This document shows positions 35,385-43,790 of a stretch of DNA of 64,000 nucleotides, one piece after another. A model generated the notes under the pieces. The model did no database searches. It was not told the DNA's origin and saw only the letters and a list, made by a program, of their open reading frames with translations. The stretch spans positions 32,001 through 96,000 of IMG/VR virus record IMGVR_UViG_3300043409_001318. One strand, 5' to 3'. The stretch's first letter is position 1; each line of letters opens with the position of its first letter. The DNA comes from a virus. The translations under genes and the position numbers were made by a program.

Positions 35385-35981
35385 ATGAACGGTCAAGAAC
35401 GGATAGCAGCGATCAAAGCTTCTGCTGGATGGGCTACGCTTTCTGCAAGGCATCAAGATTTCGTCAATTCTGTTGAGGAATTCGTCAAAACCCGTCCTCT
35501 TTCGATTGGTCAAGAAAGCTGGGTTGAACGTGTTGAAAATATGGTAGCCAACCCCGTCGATCCTTCTTGGTTTGACCTCAATAACGAGGAAAATCAAAAG
35601 AAGCGCGCTTATACTATCCAGCACTACAAGGCTGCGGGTTTTTATCACGTTCAAACTACGCGAATGGAAGCCGATCCTGCTTTTATGCCTAATAAAGAAC
35701 TTTGGGATAGAATGTGGGGAAACAAGTATATCAACGCGGCTTTTACGAGGTGGACAAAAGGATCGCGCTTCAAAATCGGCGATATGGTAGTCAATAAGTA
35801 TTTTACTCATTACTACGGAAAGATCGCGGTTGTTGAAAGCGTCAAGTGGAATAATTCGTGCTGGATTTATGACGCTATTGCGCTTAGTCCGGGCGAAAGT
35901 TGTCCTAATCCAAAAATGCAGATGATTGATGAAAAGCACTTGCTTCCTGCTTCTAATCGCAATCTTAAAAATCGTATCTAA
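35385..35981 (+). CDS. hypothetical protein with C-terminal SH3/KOW-like domain
   Basis: GGAGG RBS before ATG 35385; FKIGDMVV. Confidence 0.8.
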   Translation: MNGQERIAAIKASAGWATLSARHQDFVNSVEEFVKTRPLSIGQESWVERVENMVANPVDPSWFDLNNEENQKKRAYTIQHYKAAGFYHVQTTRMEADPAFMPNKELWDRMWGNKYINAAFTRWTKGSRFKIGDMVVNKYFTHYYGKIAVVESVKWNNSCWIYDAIALSPGESCPNPKMQMIDEKHLLPASNRNLKNRI

Positions 35982-36063
35982 TCCTTAGTCGTCAAGGTCT
36001 TTCTCTAAAAAAGATTGACCTTGACGGCTTTTCATAGCGGGTTAACTTCAAGGAGGAGGAAAG

Positions 36064-36231
36064 ATGCAAGAAAGCTTCAAGAGCGAAGACCACACGGCTT
36101 TTTGCGATATGGTGCTTGGCTCCGATAATGGTTTTAGCGAGGGAGATTGTCAAGTTCTTTATCTTCATGCTCTTATGGAGAAGTGGGGCACGCCCCTTGA
36201 CAATCCCCGCGATAACGATAAACTCTTTTAG
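36064..36231 (+). CDS. 55-aa acidic protein (not in track)
   Basis: AGGAGG RBS; promoter near 36020. Confidence 0.6.
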   Translation: MQESFKSEDHTAFCDMVLGSDNGFSEGDCQVLYLHALMEKWGTPLDNPRDNDKLF

Positions 36232-36239
36232 GAGGTTCT

Positions 36240-36449
36240 ATGGCTAAGGCAAAGCATCCAATCCGCGTTTATCCTCTTATCCATGAAGTTGTGGAGGAAG
36301 TCAAGACTAATCGTTCAGCAAAGGTCACTTTCCTTGATCCTCGTATTGTCAAGGTTAGGTGGACTGATACTGATATTGTTGAAGAGTTGAGCCGTGAGCT
36401 TTTCTTTGATACAAATTTCCGTATCATCCAGCGTGTGACTTTTGCTTAA
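36240..36449 (+). CDS. small hypothetical protein
   Basis: AGGAGG RBS. Confidence 0.7.
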   Translation: MAKAKHPIRVYPLIHEVVEEVKTNRSAKVTFLDPRIVKVRWTDTDIVEELSRELFFDTNFRIIQRVTFA

Positions 36450-36651
36450 GCCTGCTCCCGAACTTGGAACACCTGTTATAGCCCAAAATATTGAGGGTAA
36501 AAAGGATTATGGATATGTAGCCAGATTTATGGGAAACCCAAAGGATAAAGAAGGTCGATATTCAATCCTAATTACTTTTTATCAAGATCAGAATTCACGT
36601 TATTTCACGAATGGGGAGGAAGGTTCACTATGGTCCAAAATCCACTTGTAA
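36442..36651 (+). CDS. small SH3-like protein
   Basis: PELGTPV variant; operonic. Confidence 0.6.
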   Translation: MLKPAPELGTPVIAQNIEGKKDYGYVARFMGNPKDKEGRYSILITFYQDQNSRYFTNGEEGSLWSKIHL

Positions 36652-36863
36652 ATATTGGAGATTTGGTATGGGTTAAAATCCAACTTGGAAAAGATCATTA
36701 TACTTCCTTGACGGCTTTTATTCTTTCGGTTAACCCTATTAATGTTGGACTTGGTGAATATATATCATCCTATCATGTTGAATATTTTGAGATAAATACT
36801 CCCGAAGGAACTACCCTTTATGGTGTTGACTATGGTAATAGGTGGGGGAAACTTGATACATAA
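36630..36863 (+). CDS. small SH3/KOW-like protein
   Basis: VNIGDLV. Confidence 0.7.
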   Translation: MVQNPLVNIGDLVWVKIQLGKDHYTSLTAFILSVNPINVGLGEYISSYHVEYFEINTPEGTTLYGVDYGNRWGKLDT

Positions 36864-37080
36864 TATTGATGTTGGAGATCTTGTAGAAGTTAAATATAGT
36901 ATCAGTAGCACAAATTATACTTATCGATATGCTTACGTTACTGAAATTGATGTTCAAGTTGGAGCGCACCGAGCTTCTAATTCACACGCAAGCGATGGAT
37001 TTGTTGCTAAATATTTTGATGTAGATGATATTTGTTATCTTCTTTATAATCAAAATGGAAGCTGGTGGCAAAAGATATGA
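36820..37080 (+). CDS. small SH3/KOW-like protein
   Basis: IDVGDLV; start uncertain. Confidence 0.68.
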   Translation: MVLTMVIGGGNLIHNIDVGDLVEVKYSISSTNYTYRYAYVTEIDVQVGAHRASNSHASDGFVAKYFDVDDICYLLYNQNGSWWQKI

Positions 37081-37274
37081 ATATGAGCGAACCAAAGGTC
37101 GGAGATATTATTAGTTATAAATCTTCTTTGATAGAGAAACAATATGGAATAATTGCTAAATTGCCTTATGGGGAAATTATGCACGTTGAATGGTTTGATC
37201 CAGCCAACGCAGAATTGATTGGAAATAAAATCTCAATTTGGGGATATGGTGAGATATGGCATATAGCAAATTAA
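37065..37274 (+). CDS. small SH3/KOW-like protein
   Basis: PKVGDII. Confidence 0.68.
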   Translation: MAKDMNMSEPKVGDIISYKSSLIEKQYGIIAKLPYGEIMHVEWFDPANAELIGNKISIWGYGEIWHIAN

Positions 37275-37480
37275 ATATTGGTGACTTGGTTGAAGTTATT
37301 GATGCGTCCAAATATGTCTTGACAACCGAACTTGGAATATATACAATTATCGAAGAACAAATAGGAGAAACATATACAACCTATCTTGCCGTTTTAATGT
37401 TTGGCGAAGAACAAAATAGAATTTGGATATTTCCATCACAGGAGAATAAATCATGGATAAAAGTTTCATCCGTGAATTGA
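37256..37480 (+). CDS. small SH3/KOW-like protein
   Basis: LNIGDLV; ends KVSSVN. Confidence 0.68.
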   Translation: MAYSKLNIGDLVEVIDASKYVLTTELGIYTIIEEQIGETYTTYLAVLMFGEEQNRIWIFPSQENKSWIKVSSVN

Positions 37481-37677
37481 ATGTCGGACAAGTTGTTATG
37501 TATAAGGCAAGCCACGAGTTCAACAACCCTCCTATTGCTGCCTATGGTGTTGTTAGCGAAGTAAGCGACAAAGTATTTATTAAATGGTTTGACACCGATA
37601 AAGAAACTACATATGCTTTCAACACAATCCATAGACTATTGAGGGAGAAAATGTTGGAAATCGTATCGAAGGATTAA
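37453..37677 (+). CDS. small SH3/KOW-like protein
   Basis: LNVGQVV. Confidence 0.68.
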   Translation: MDKSFIRELNVGQVVMYKASHEFNNPPIAAYGVVSEVSDKVFIKWFDTDKETTYAFNTIHRLLREKMLEIVSKD

Positions 37678-37875
37678 ATGAATATATTTAATATTGGCGA
37701 TATCATCATTCCCATTGAAGGGATTAAAGGAAATATATGGATTGTATTAAATGTAATAACTCCAGCCGTCGATAGCACTTCTTATTATGTTCTTCAAAAT
37801 TTAGAGGAAGAAGATGAAATAGAAGTATTGTATTGTAATCATATAGAGAAGTATTATGAGAGAGCCAATGAATAA
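37678..37875 (+). CDS. small SH3/KOW-like protein
   Basis: FNIGDII. Confidence 0.7.
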   Translation: MNIFNIGDIIIPIEGIKGNIWIVLNVITPAVDSTSYYVLQNLEEEDEIEVLYCNHIEKYYERANE

Positions 37876-38086
37876 TCAATTCAATGTAGGCGATATAATC
37901 CAATCAACTTATAGTGATGCCCATGATAATCATATTTACTTTCTTGTAATTGAAGCAACCCATATATCAAATGATAATCAGCTTTATAAGTTTAAGAATA
38001 TTGCTTATGATCTTGAACTAACTTATAGTTTTAATGATATTACTTATAAGAACTATGAATTAGTATCAAAAGCTCAAAGGGATTAA
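37856..38086 (+). CDS. small SH3/KOW-like protein
   Basis: FNVGDII; ends VSKAQRD. Confidence 0.7.
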   Translation: MREPMNNQFNVGDIIQSTYSDAHDNHIYFLVIEATHISNDNQLYKFKNIAYDLELTYSFNDITYKNYELVSKAQRD

Positions 38087-38292
38087 AATGAAATGTTTAA
38101 GATAGGGGATATCATCCAGCATAAATCTATTAATGATGATTATTACTATATTGTTCTTAATACATTCCATAGAGATACATATGAATTTTACACTCTATTC
38201 TCTTTTATTGAAATGAAGGAAGTACCCGTAAGAGCAAATCATTCTATACATTATAAGATAGTCTCAAAAGCTCAAAGGGATTAAAATGAAAT
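38066..38292 (+). repeat. 29-bp exact direct repeat bracketing one gene
   Basis: TCAAAAGCTCAAAGGGATTAAAATGAAAT at 38066-38094 and 38264-38292. Confidence 0.95.
38093..38284 (+). CDS. small SH3/KOW-like protein
   Basis: MFKIGDII; ends VSKAQRD. Confidence 0.72.
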   Translation: MFKIGDIIQHKSINDDYYYIVLNTFHRDTYEFYTLFSFIEMKEVPVRANHSIHYKIVSKAQRD

Positions 38293-38456
38293 TCAATATA
38301 GGTGATGTTGTTAAGGGTATGACAGAGAACGATGTTTATTGGATTATTATTGATATGGATAACACCAATTACTCTATAAAGCCTATTAACAATATAGAGC
38401 ATGTAACTATAAGGATGGCTATTACAAGAATAGATAGATATTGGGAGTGTTGTTAG
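38286..38456 (+). CDS. 56-aa SH3/KOW-like protein (not in track)
   Basis: MKFNIGDVV. Confidence 0.7.
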   Translation: MKFNIGDVVKGMTENDVYWIIIDMDNTNYSIKPINNIEHVTIRMAITRIDRYWECC

Positions 38457-38592
38457 TTATTTAATAAAACTTAACGAATGATAGAACTTCCAATTAATTC
38501 AAGGGAATAACATATAGTTAAATTTGTGAATTTATGGGGATAATTTGGCACATAATAGCCAAAAATAAATAGTTTGTCAAGTAATAAAAAGC

Positions 38593-38646
38593 ATGTATCA
38601 TTAAAAATAAATGTATCATGTATCAACACTTATGTATTATGTATCA
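38593..38646 (+). repeat. five ATGTATYA octamers in AT-rich non-coding DNA
   Basis: Copies at 38593, 38611, 38618, 38632, 38639. Confidence 0.8.
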
Positions 38647-38893
38647 TCGCAATAGTTAGAATACTCTTTAAGATCTTGTCAAGCCCTATCATCATAATAA
38701 AGTTTAGCAAGAGGTAGAAGAACAAAAGAAGTTCCTTGCGCCTATAAGGGAAAGGGTTATGTTCTTTGTGGGGAGGGAAGAAATCCTCTCAGCTTCCTTG
38801 AAAACTCAATAAGATTAAACGATAGAGATCCCTTGCAGCTTCTAATGATGGAAGCTATAAGGAAAAGGTCAATGAACCACTAAGGAGGCAACA

Positions 38894-40063
38894 ATGGAAA
38901 CCGAAGAAACTTCCTACGATCTTAATAGGGATCTTTACTTTCTTTTGAAGGACGAGCCATTCTTCGCTACCTTCTCTCGCAATATCAACAAAACTTCTTC
39001 TACCGCTATTCCAACTGCGGGCGTGAGGATCAATAAGGAAACCCAGCAATTTGAAATGATTTACAATCCTTCTTTCTTTGGAAAGCTGGAAGATAAGGAA
39101 CGTATCGATGTTCTAAAGCATGAGTTCTATCATGTTATTTTTGAACACGTTACAGGTCGTCTTCCCCCCGAAGGAATGACGAAGATGTGGAATATTGCTA
39201 CGGACCTTGCGATTAATTCCCATCTTCCCAACATTCCAAAAATGGCTTGTATTCCGGGTGTAGGGAAGTTCGCTGATTATTCCCCTCGTCTTTCCTCCGA
39301 ACAATACTTTGATCTTCTTAAGGAAGATCCCGAAATGAATAAGGAACCTCAAGAGGGTGAAGGGGGCGAAGGGAATTTTGACGATCACGAAGGTTGGGGC
39401 GATGAAGCCATTGATAATACTATGCGAGAAATTGCTAAGGAGCATCTTAAGGAAGCTCTTGGCAAGGCAGCAAAGGAAGGCAACGCAAAGAATTGGGGTT
39501 CTGTTCCTTCCGATATTCGCAAGCAAATCATGGATAAGCTTGAAGCAACCGTAGATTGGCGTAATATGCTTCGATACTTTATCAAGACTTCTCAGCGTGC
39601 GGATAAGAACTCTACCGTTCGCAAGGTTAATAAGCGGTTTCCTCGTATCCACGCTGGCAAGAAAGTCAATCGTGTTGCGAAGATTGCGATTAGTATTGAC
39701 CAAAGCGGATCTGTATCAGATGAAATGCTTGCTCTATTCTTTACCGAATTGAATGAGCTTGCGAGCCTTGCGACATTCACGGTTATTCCCTTTGATACAC
39801 GGGTCGATCAAAAGCTTGTGTATGTATGGAAGAAGGGTAAGAGCCATGTATGGGAACGTGTGATGTGTGGTGGTACGGATTTCAATGCTCCTACCAAGTA
39901 TGTCAATGAAGAAGGTGATTGGGATGGTCACATTATTCTAACGGATATGTGTGCTCCTAAGCCTGTTAGTTCTCGTCCTTCTCGTATGTGGTTGACTGAT
40001 AAGTCCAACGCAGCCAACCCATACTTCAAGACTTCCGAGCTTGTGGTAGCGATTGGTAAGTAA
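38894..40063 (+). CDS. metallopeptidase-VWA protein (DUF2201-like), MoxR partner
   Basis: HEFYH, WNIATDLAIN, DQSGS MIDAS, GGTDF. Confidence 0.9.
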   Translation: METEETSYDLNRDLYFLLKDEPFFATFSRNINKTSSTAIPTAGVRINKETQQFEMIYNPSFFGKLEDKERIDVLKHEFYHVIFEHVTGRLPPEGMTKMWNIATDLAINSHLPNIPKMACIPGVGKFADYSPRLSSEQYFDLLKEDPEMNKEPQEGEGGEGNFDDHEGWGDEAIDNTMREIAKEHLKEALGKAAKEGNAKNWGSVPSDIRKQIMDKLEATVDWRNMLRYFIKTSQRADKNSTVRKVNKRFPRIHAGKKVNRVAKIAISIDQSGSVSDEMLALFFTELNELASLATFTVIPFDTRVDQKLVYVWKKGKSHVWERVMCGGTDFNAPTKYVNEEGDWDGHIILTDMCAPKPVSSRPSRMWLTDKSNAANPYFKTSELVVAIGK

Positions 40064-40066
40064 TCT

Positions 40067-40105
40067 AAGCCCCCTTGACCTTTGTGGTTGAGGGGGTTTT
40101 CTTTT
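40067..40105 (+). terminator. intrinsic terminator
   Basis: CCCCCTTGACC/GGTTGAGGGGG stem plus T tract. Confidence 0.85.
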
Positions 40106-40215
40106 GTCAACAATATATATATCTTTTATATATTTCTTTTAGCCCTTGACAATTAGAATGTATTACAATGTGTTGAATGTGTCATGATACAAACTAATGA
40201 TTACAGGGGGTTAGG

Positions 40216-40246
40216 CCCCCCCCTCCCCCCTCTCCCTCCCCCCCCC
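40216..40246 (-). other. C-tract (G-quadruplex potential on the minus strand)
   Basis: C8-T-C6-TCT-C3-T-C9. Confidence 0.75.
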
Positions 40247-40331
40247 GGAATGTATCACCCATACTTGACAGGCATGTTATATTACATTAGGTGCTCATTT
40301 GCGACACGGGGATAATTTTTGAGATTTTTTG

Positions 40332-40339
40332 ACTATTTA
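40332..40339 (+). promoter_or_regulatory. putative late promoter ACTATTTA
   Basis: Same octamer at 41642, 42270, 42911, 44962, 45878, 49651, 49952, 57522 and 58130. Confidence 0.65.
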
Positions 40340-40362
40340 AAACAGTTAAAAGGAACTATAAT

Positions 40363-41586
40363 ATGAAAAATTTATTTGAAAACTGGAAGGCTTACCTCAA
40401 GGAAGCAATCGTAGATACTCCTAGTGAGAGACTGTCTGATGTTTTTGATGATAATGGGGTTATGCAAGAAAAAGTTATCGCTGTTATCAAGGACGCAAAA
40501 GAAAAACTTGATAAGTTCTTAAGCTCTCAAAATTTAAAAATAACAGAAATGTTTGTTGTTGGTGCTGCTGTTACTTATCAGTTTTCTCCTTCTTCCGATA
40601 TCGATACAACCGTTGTTATTCCAAACATAACAGATGAACAGTCGAAACAAGTTGATAATTGGATGGAAGAAAACTTAAATTATTCAAATTGGTCTGTTGA
40701 TGGAAGTAGCCGTCCTTTTCAATTTAAACCAGCTTCATCAAATATTGGATACAAAAATGTAGACGCAGCTTATGATCCTTTTAATAAGAAATGGATTAAA
40801 GAACCAAACCTTGAAACAACAAAGAAAGAATATAATCAAGTTGTTTCGGACCCGCAATCAAAAGAAAGAAAGATGTATGCCTTTGTTGAGAAACACATTC
40901 AACCATCTTTACAACAGTTGCTTAACATATTAAGCAACACAAGTTTAAATGAAAACGTTTCTGATAATATTAAAAATGCAATTAAAAATGCTTTCAAACG
41001 TTATGAAGTATTAAAAAAGAAAAGAGGTACTGCATACGGAGAAGAACCTTCACAAACAGGACGTATAAGCCAAAATTGGGGATTAGGAAACGTTTTATAT
41101 AAATTTTTAGATAGAGAAGGCTATAGTGAAGTATATGGGTATTTGAAAAAAGCAATTAAATCTGACTTCAAGATTGTTGATCAAGATTTTATAAACAATC
41201 TTAAACAAAAATTAGAAAATGTTCTCAAAGGAGAGCATGGTTATTCAGTAAATGAAACAAAGGAAAAAAATAAAATGGCTAAATTAACAGAATCATATTT
41301 AAGAGGTATGATAAAACAAGTAATGAATGAAATGCATGATATGTATGATGATTCACCAGAAGCTATGGGTAATGCTGCTGACGAGTATAGTATGGGCGGC
41401 TTTGATTCTATTGAAGAAACTGCTAAAAGATTGGGCGTTAATCCTATGAAATTAAAAGCATTTATAGAGAAAGAACAAGCTGGTGCAAGTGCTATGTATG
41501 ACGAAATGGGAGATGATCCTAATGACTATTTAGCAGAAAGAAAAAGATTTCTATCTAATTCAAGAACTGCTCCAAAACGTAGATAA
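40363..41586 (+). CDS. Pol-beta-superfamily nucleotidyltransferase with ENW leader and fused C-terminal module
   Basis: VVGAAVTYQFSPSSDIDTTV (G-x-D-x-D); internal RBS and ATG at 41275. Confidence 0.8.
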   Translation: MKNLFENWKAYLKEAIVDTPSERLSDVFDDNGVMQEKVIAVIKDAKEKLDKFLSSQNLKITEMFVVGAAVTYQFSPSSDIDTTVVIPNITDEQSKQVDNWMEENLNYSNWSVDGSSRPFQFKPASSNIGYKNVDAAYDPFNKKWIKEPNLETTKKEYNQVVSDPQSKERKMYAFVEKHIQPSLQQLLNILSNTSLNENVSDNIKNAIKNAFKRYEVLKKKRGTAYGEEPSQTGRISQNWGLGNVLYKFLDREGYSEVYGYLKKAIKSDFKIVDQDFINNLKQKLENVLKGEHGYSVNETKEKNKMAKLTESYLRGMIKQVMNEMHDMYDDSPEAMGNAADEYSMGGFDSIEETAKRLGVNPMKLKAFIEKEQAGASAMYDEMGDDPNDYLAERKRFLSNSRTAPKRR

Positions 41587-41607
41587 TATTTAATATTCTT
41601 CGTTAAG

Positions 41608-41640
41608 AAAAAAATCCCTAGAAGAAATTCTGGGGATTTT
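41608..41640 (+). terminator. intrinsic terminator
   Basis: AAAATCCCTAGAA/TTCTGGGGATTTT stem. Confidence 0.85.
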
Positions 41641-41654
41641 AACTATTTAATAAC

Positions 41655-42266
41655 ATGAAAACACTATTAGAAAATTGGAAAAAATTTATAAATGAGCAAT
41701 CCCACATAATGGGAAACTATGAAGGACAAACTACAGAAAAAAAAGATAAACTTATTTCTTTCTTTGATGATTTGAAAAATATGAACAAAGAAAATGCAAA
41801 TCAAATTGCTTCTGTTTTATTGGGAACAAAACCTTTATATTTTAGTGCTGTAACTGTAATTCCTAATAATAAGTTCTCTCAAAAGTTTTTAGATTATTTA
41901 AGGTCTAGAAATATGATGTTTGCATCAGCTCCAAATATAATGGGAACTGGTAGTAATATATTTTTTATTGGAAATAAAGATAAAGTTGCACAAGCTTTAG
42001 AATTACAAAAAAATCCTTATATTGGTATTGAAAAAATGGGATTTTCTTCTGAGTTTAACAGCTGGGCAAAAGAAAATGCAAAACGTGAGATAGCTGCAAC
42101 TCCCGAATATCATAAAAGAATGGGAATTTTATTGGGATATGGAGAAGCTAATTCCGAGAAATTTTCTCAAGATTATATTTCAAAATGGAAAGAAGTATAT
42201 TCTCATTGGCAACAACAATCTCAAGACACTAATTCTTCTAATAGTTCTAAAACAGAAGTATTATAA
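41655..42266 (+). CDS. hypothetical protein with ENW leader
   Basis: MKTLLENWKKFINE; YHKRMGILLGY motif. Confidence 0.8.
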   Translation: MKTLLENWKKFINEQSHIMGNYEGQTTEKKDKLISFFDDLKNMNKENANQIASVLLGTKPLYFSAVTVIPNNKFSQKFLDYLRSRNMMFASAPNIMGTGSNIFFIGNKDKVAQALELQKNPYIGIEKMGFSSEFNSWAKENAKREIAATPEYHKRMGILLGYGEANSEKFSQDYISKWKEVYSHWQQQSQDTNSSNSSKTEVL

Positions 42267-42280
42267 ATTACTATTTAAAA

Positions 42281-42421
42281 ATGAATTAATCACAATATAA
42301 AGGAAGTATTGATTCTGCACTTAGAGAATTAATGACCGTTCAAGAAGCCCTTTCTAGTGTTGACGAGGATTATATGTTAAGCGAATCCCGTAAATCAAGA
42401 ACTGCTCCAAAACGTAGATAA
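42281..42421 (+). pseudogene. degenerate ORF with TAA at codon 3
   Basis: ATG AAT TAA, then open to ...SRTAPKRR, the same C-terminus as 40363. Confidence 0.5.
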
Positions 42422-42442
42422 TCTTTAATTTAGTTTGTTAGC

Positions 42443-42475
42443 AAAAAAATCCCTAGAAGAAATTCTGGGGATTTT
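42443..42475 (+). terminator. intrinsic terminator (duplicate)
   Basis: Identical to 41608-41640. Confidence 0.85.
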
Positions 42476-42505
42476 CATTATGGGTTATATCTATCTATTT
42501 ATTAT

Positions 42506-42700
42506 ATGGGGCTTTCGCGCTTTCATGTTGGAGATCTTGTTAAGGAGTTAAACCTTGATAAGTGTGGTTTTGTTGAAAAAATTGAAGAACATTATGTAAT
42601 AAGTGAAAAAAATTTTGTATTTGTTTATTACATAAGAATGTTTCATGATGGTGCTATTGCAATCTGGTTTTATGATGAAAAACTAATTAAGATATCATAG
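42506..42700 (+). CDS. small SH3/KOW-like protein
   Basis: FHVGDLV; ends KIS. Confidence 0.7.
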   Translation: MGLSRFHVGDLVKELNLDKCGFVEKIEEHYVISEKNFVFVYYIRMFHDGAIAIWFYDEKLIKIS

Positions 42701-42702
42701 AG

Positions 42703-42909
42703 GTGCAAATGGAAAAAAATTTCGTTCGGTATAAAACGGAAGGATTGTTTGGAGATATTATAACAATTACAATTTCAAAAGAAGAAGCAATTGAAAGACA
42801 AATTAAATCTGGCGAAATAAACAATTATATTTATAATTCCAGAGAAGAAGCACTTAAAGATTTTATGAATTGTAATTGGGCTTCTTTCATTGAAGAAACA
42901 CCTTATTAA
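42703..42909 (+). CDS. small hypothetical protein
   Basis: GAGG RBS; start may be ATG 42709. Confidence 0.6.
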   Translation: MQMEKNFVRYKTEGLFGDIITITISKEEAIERQIKSGEINNYIYNSREEALKDFMNCNWASFIEETPY

Positions 42910-42923
42910 TACTATTTAATAAC

Positions 42924-43778
42924 ATGAAACTCTTATTAGAAAATTGGAATCGTTATCTTAAAGAAAGTGAAATAGTTTCTTATCAACAACAAGTTGGAGA
43001 TATTGAAACAATCGCTCAAGATATCTCCGATAAAGTTCAAGAGTTTATGTCCGATCATGGATACGATTGGTTACGACAAAATGCCAGCATTGTTGAAAAA
43101 GAAATTCAAGATGAAATAAGAAAAAACTTTAATCGTGATATAACAGAAGCTGGTAGTGGTTCATTTAGAACAACATATATGGTTGATAATGATTATGTTA
43201 TTAAAGTTGATTCTTCTATAAATGGTTCTGGAAAACAAATGAATAAAGAAGATGGAGAAGTTGGAAGAAATCCAAAGTATTCTTCAATCTTTCCAAAAGC
43301 TTTAGGTGTTGCTCCAGATGGTTCTTGGGTTGTATTACAAAAAGTTCATGAGATACAAGATTTAAAAACTTTAATTACTCTTTTTCCAAATAAAATAATT
43401 CCATCTACATCGTTTGGAAAATTTTATACTCAATCATTATTATCTATTGCTTTAAGTTATCAAGTAGCTGCTTTACAATACGACCAAAATCAAATGGATT
43501 TTCACAAATATCAATATGAAAGTATGTTTAAAAATTCTTTAGTAAAAGATATTGGTAGAGACGTTACTTTTCAAGAATTTATAAAATCTTGGATATCTCC
43601 TACATTTATAACGGTAGCAAAAGCTGTTATAGAATATGGTTTAGACGCTGATGAAGCTGTGCGTCCTTATAATTCTGGATATGTTGTTGAAGAGAATGGA
43701 GAAAAAAGATTTGTTATTCTTGATTCATCCGTTCAAAAAACCGTGGAAGCTGGTCTTAATGCTTTTAACAACCCATAA
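42924..43778 (+). CDS. protein-kinase-like fold protein with ENW leader (atypical)
   Basis: GSGSFRTTY G-loop, YVIKV, VRPYN, VILDS. Confidence 0.78.
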   Translation: MKLLLENWNRYLKESEIVSYQQQVGDIETIAQDISDKVQEFMSDHGYDWLRQNASIVEKEIQDEIRKNFNRDITEAGSGSFRTTYMVDNDYVIKVDSSINGSGKQMNKEDGEVGRNPKYSSIFPKALGVAPDGSWVVLQKVHEIQDLKTLITLFPNKIIPSTSFGKFYTQSLLSIALSYQVAALQYDQNQMDFHKYQYESMFKNSLVKDIGRDVTFQEFIKSWISPTFITVAKAVIEYGLDADEAVRPYNSGYVVEENGEKRFVILDSSVQKTVEAGLNAFNNP

Positions 43779-43790
43779 GGATTATTTATC

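Larger units (their letters stand above)
41560..42475 (+). repeat. duplicated gene-end plus terminator (28-nt and 33-nt exact blocks)
   Basis: 41560-41587 = 42395-42422; 41608-41640 = 42443-42475. Confidence 0.92.

Noticed and set aside
22626-38456. Classical integron or diversity-generating retroelement behind the small-gene array
   Set aside because: No tyrosine integrase, attC palindromes, reverse transcriptase or adenine-specific TR/VR pair in the window.
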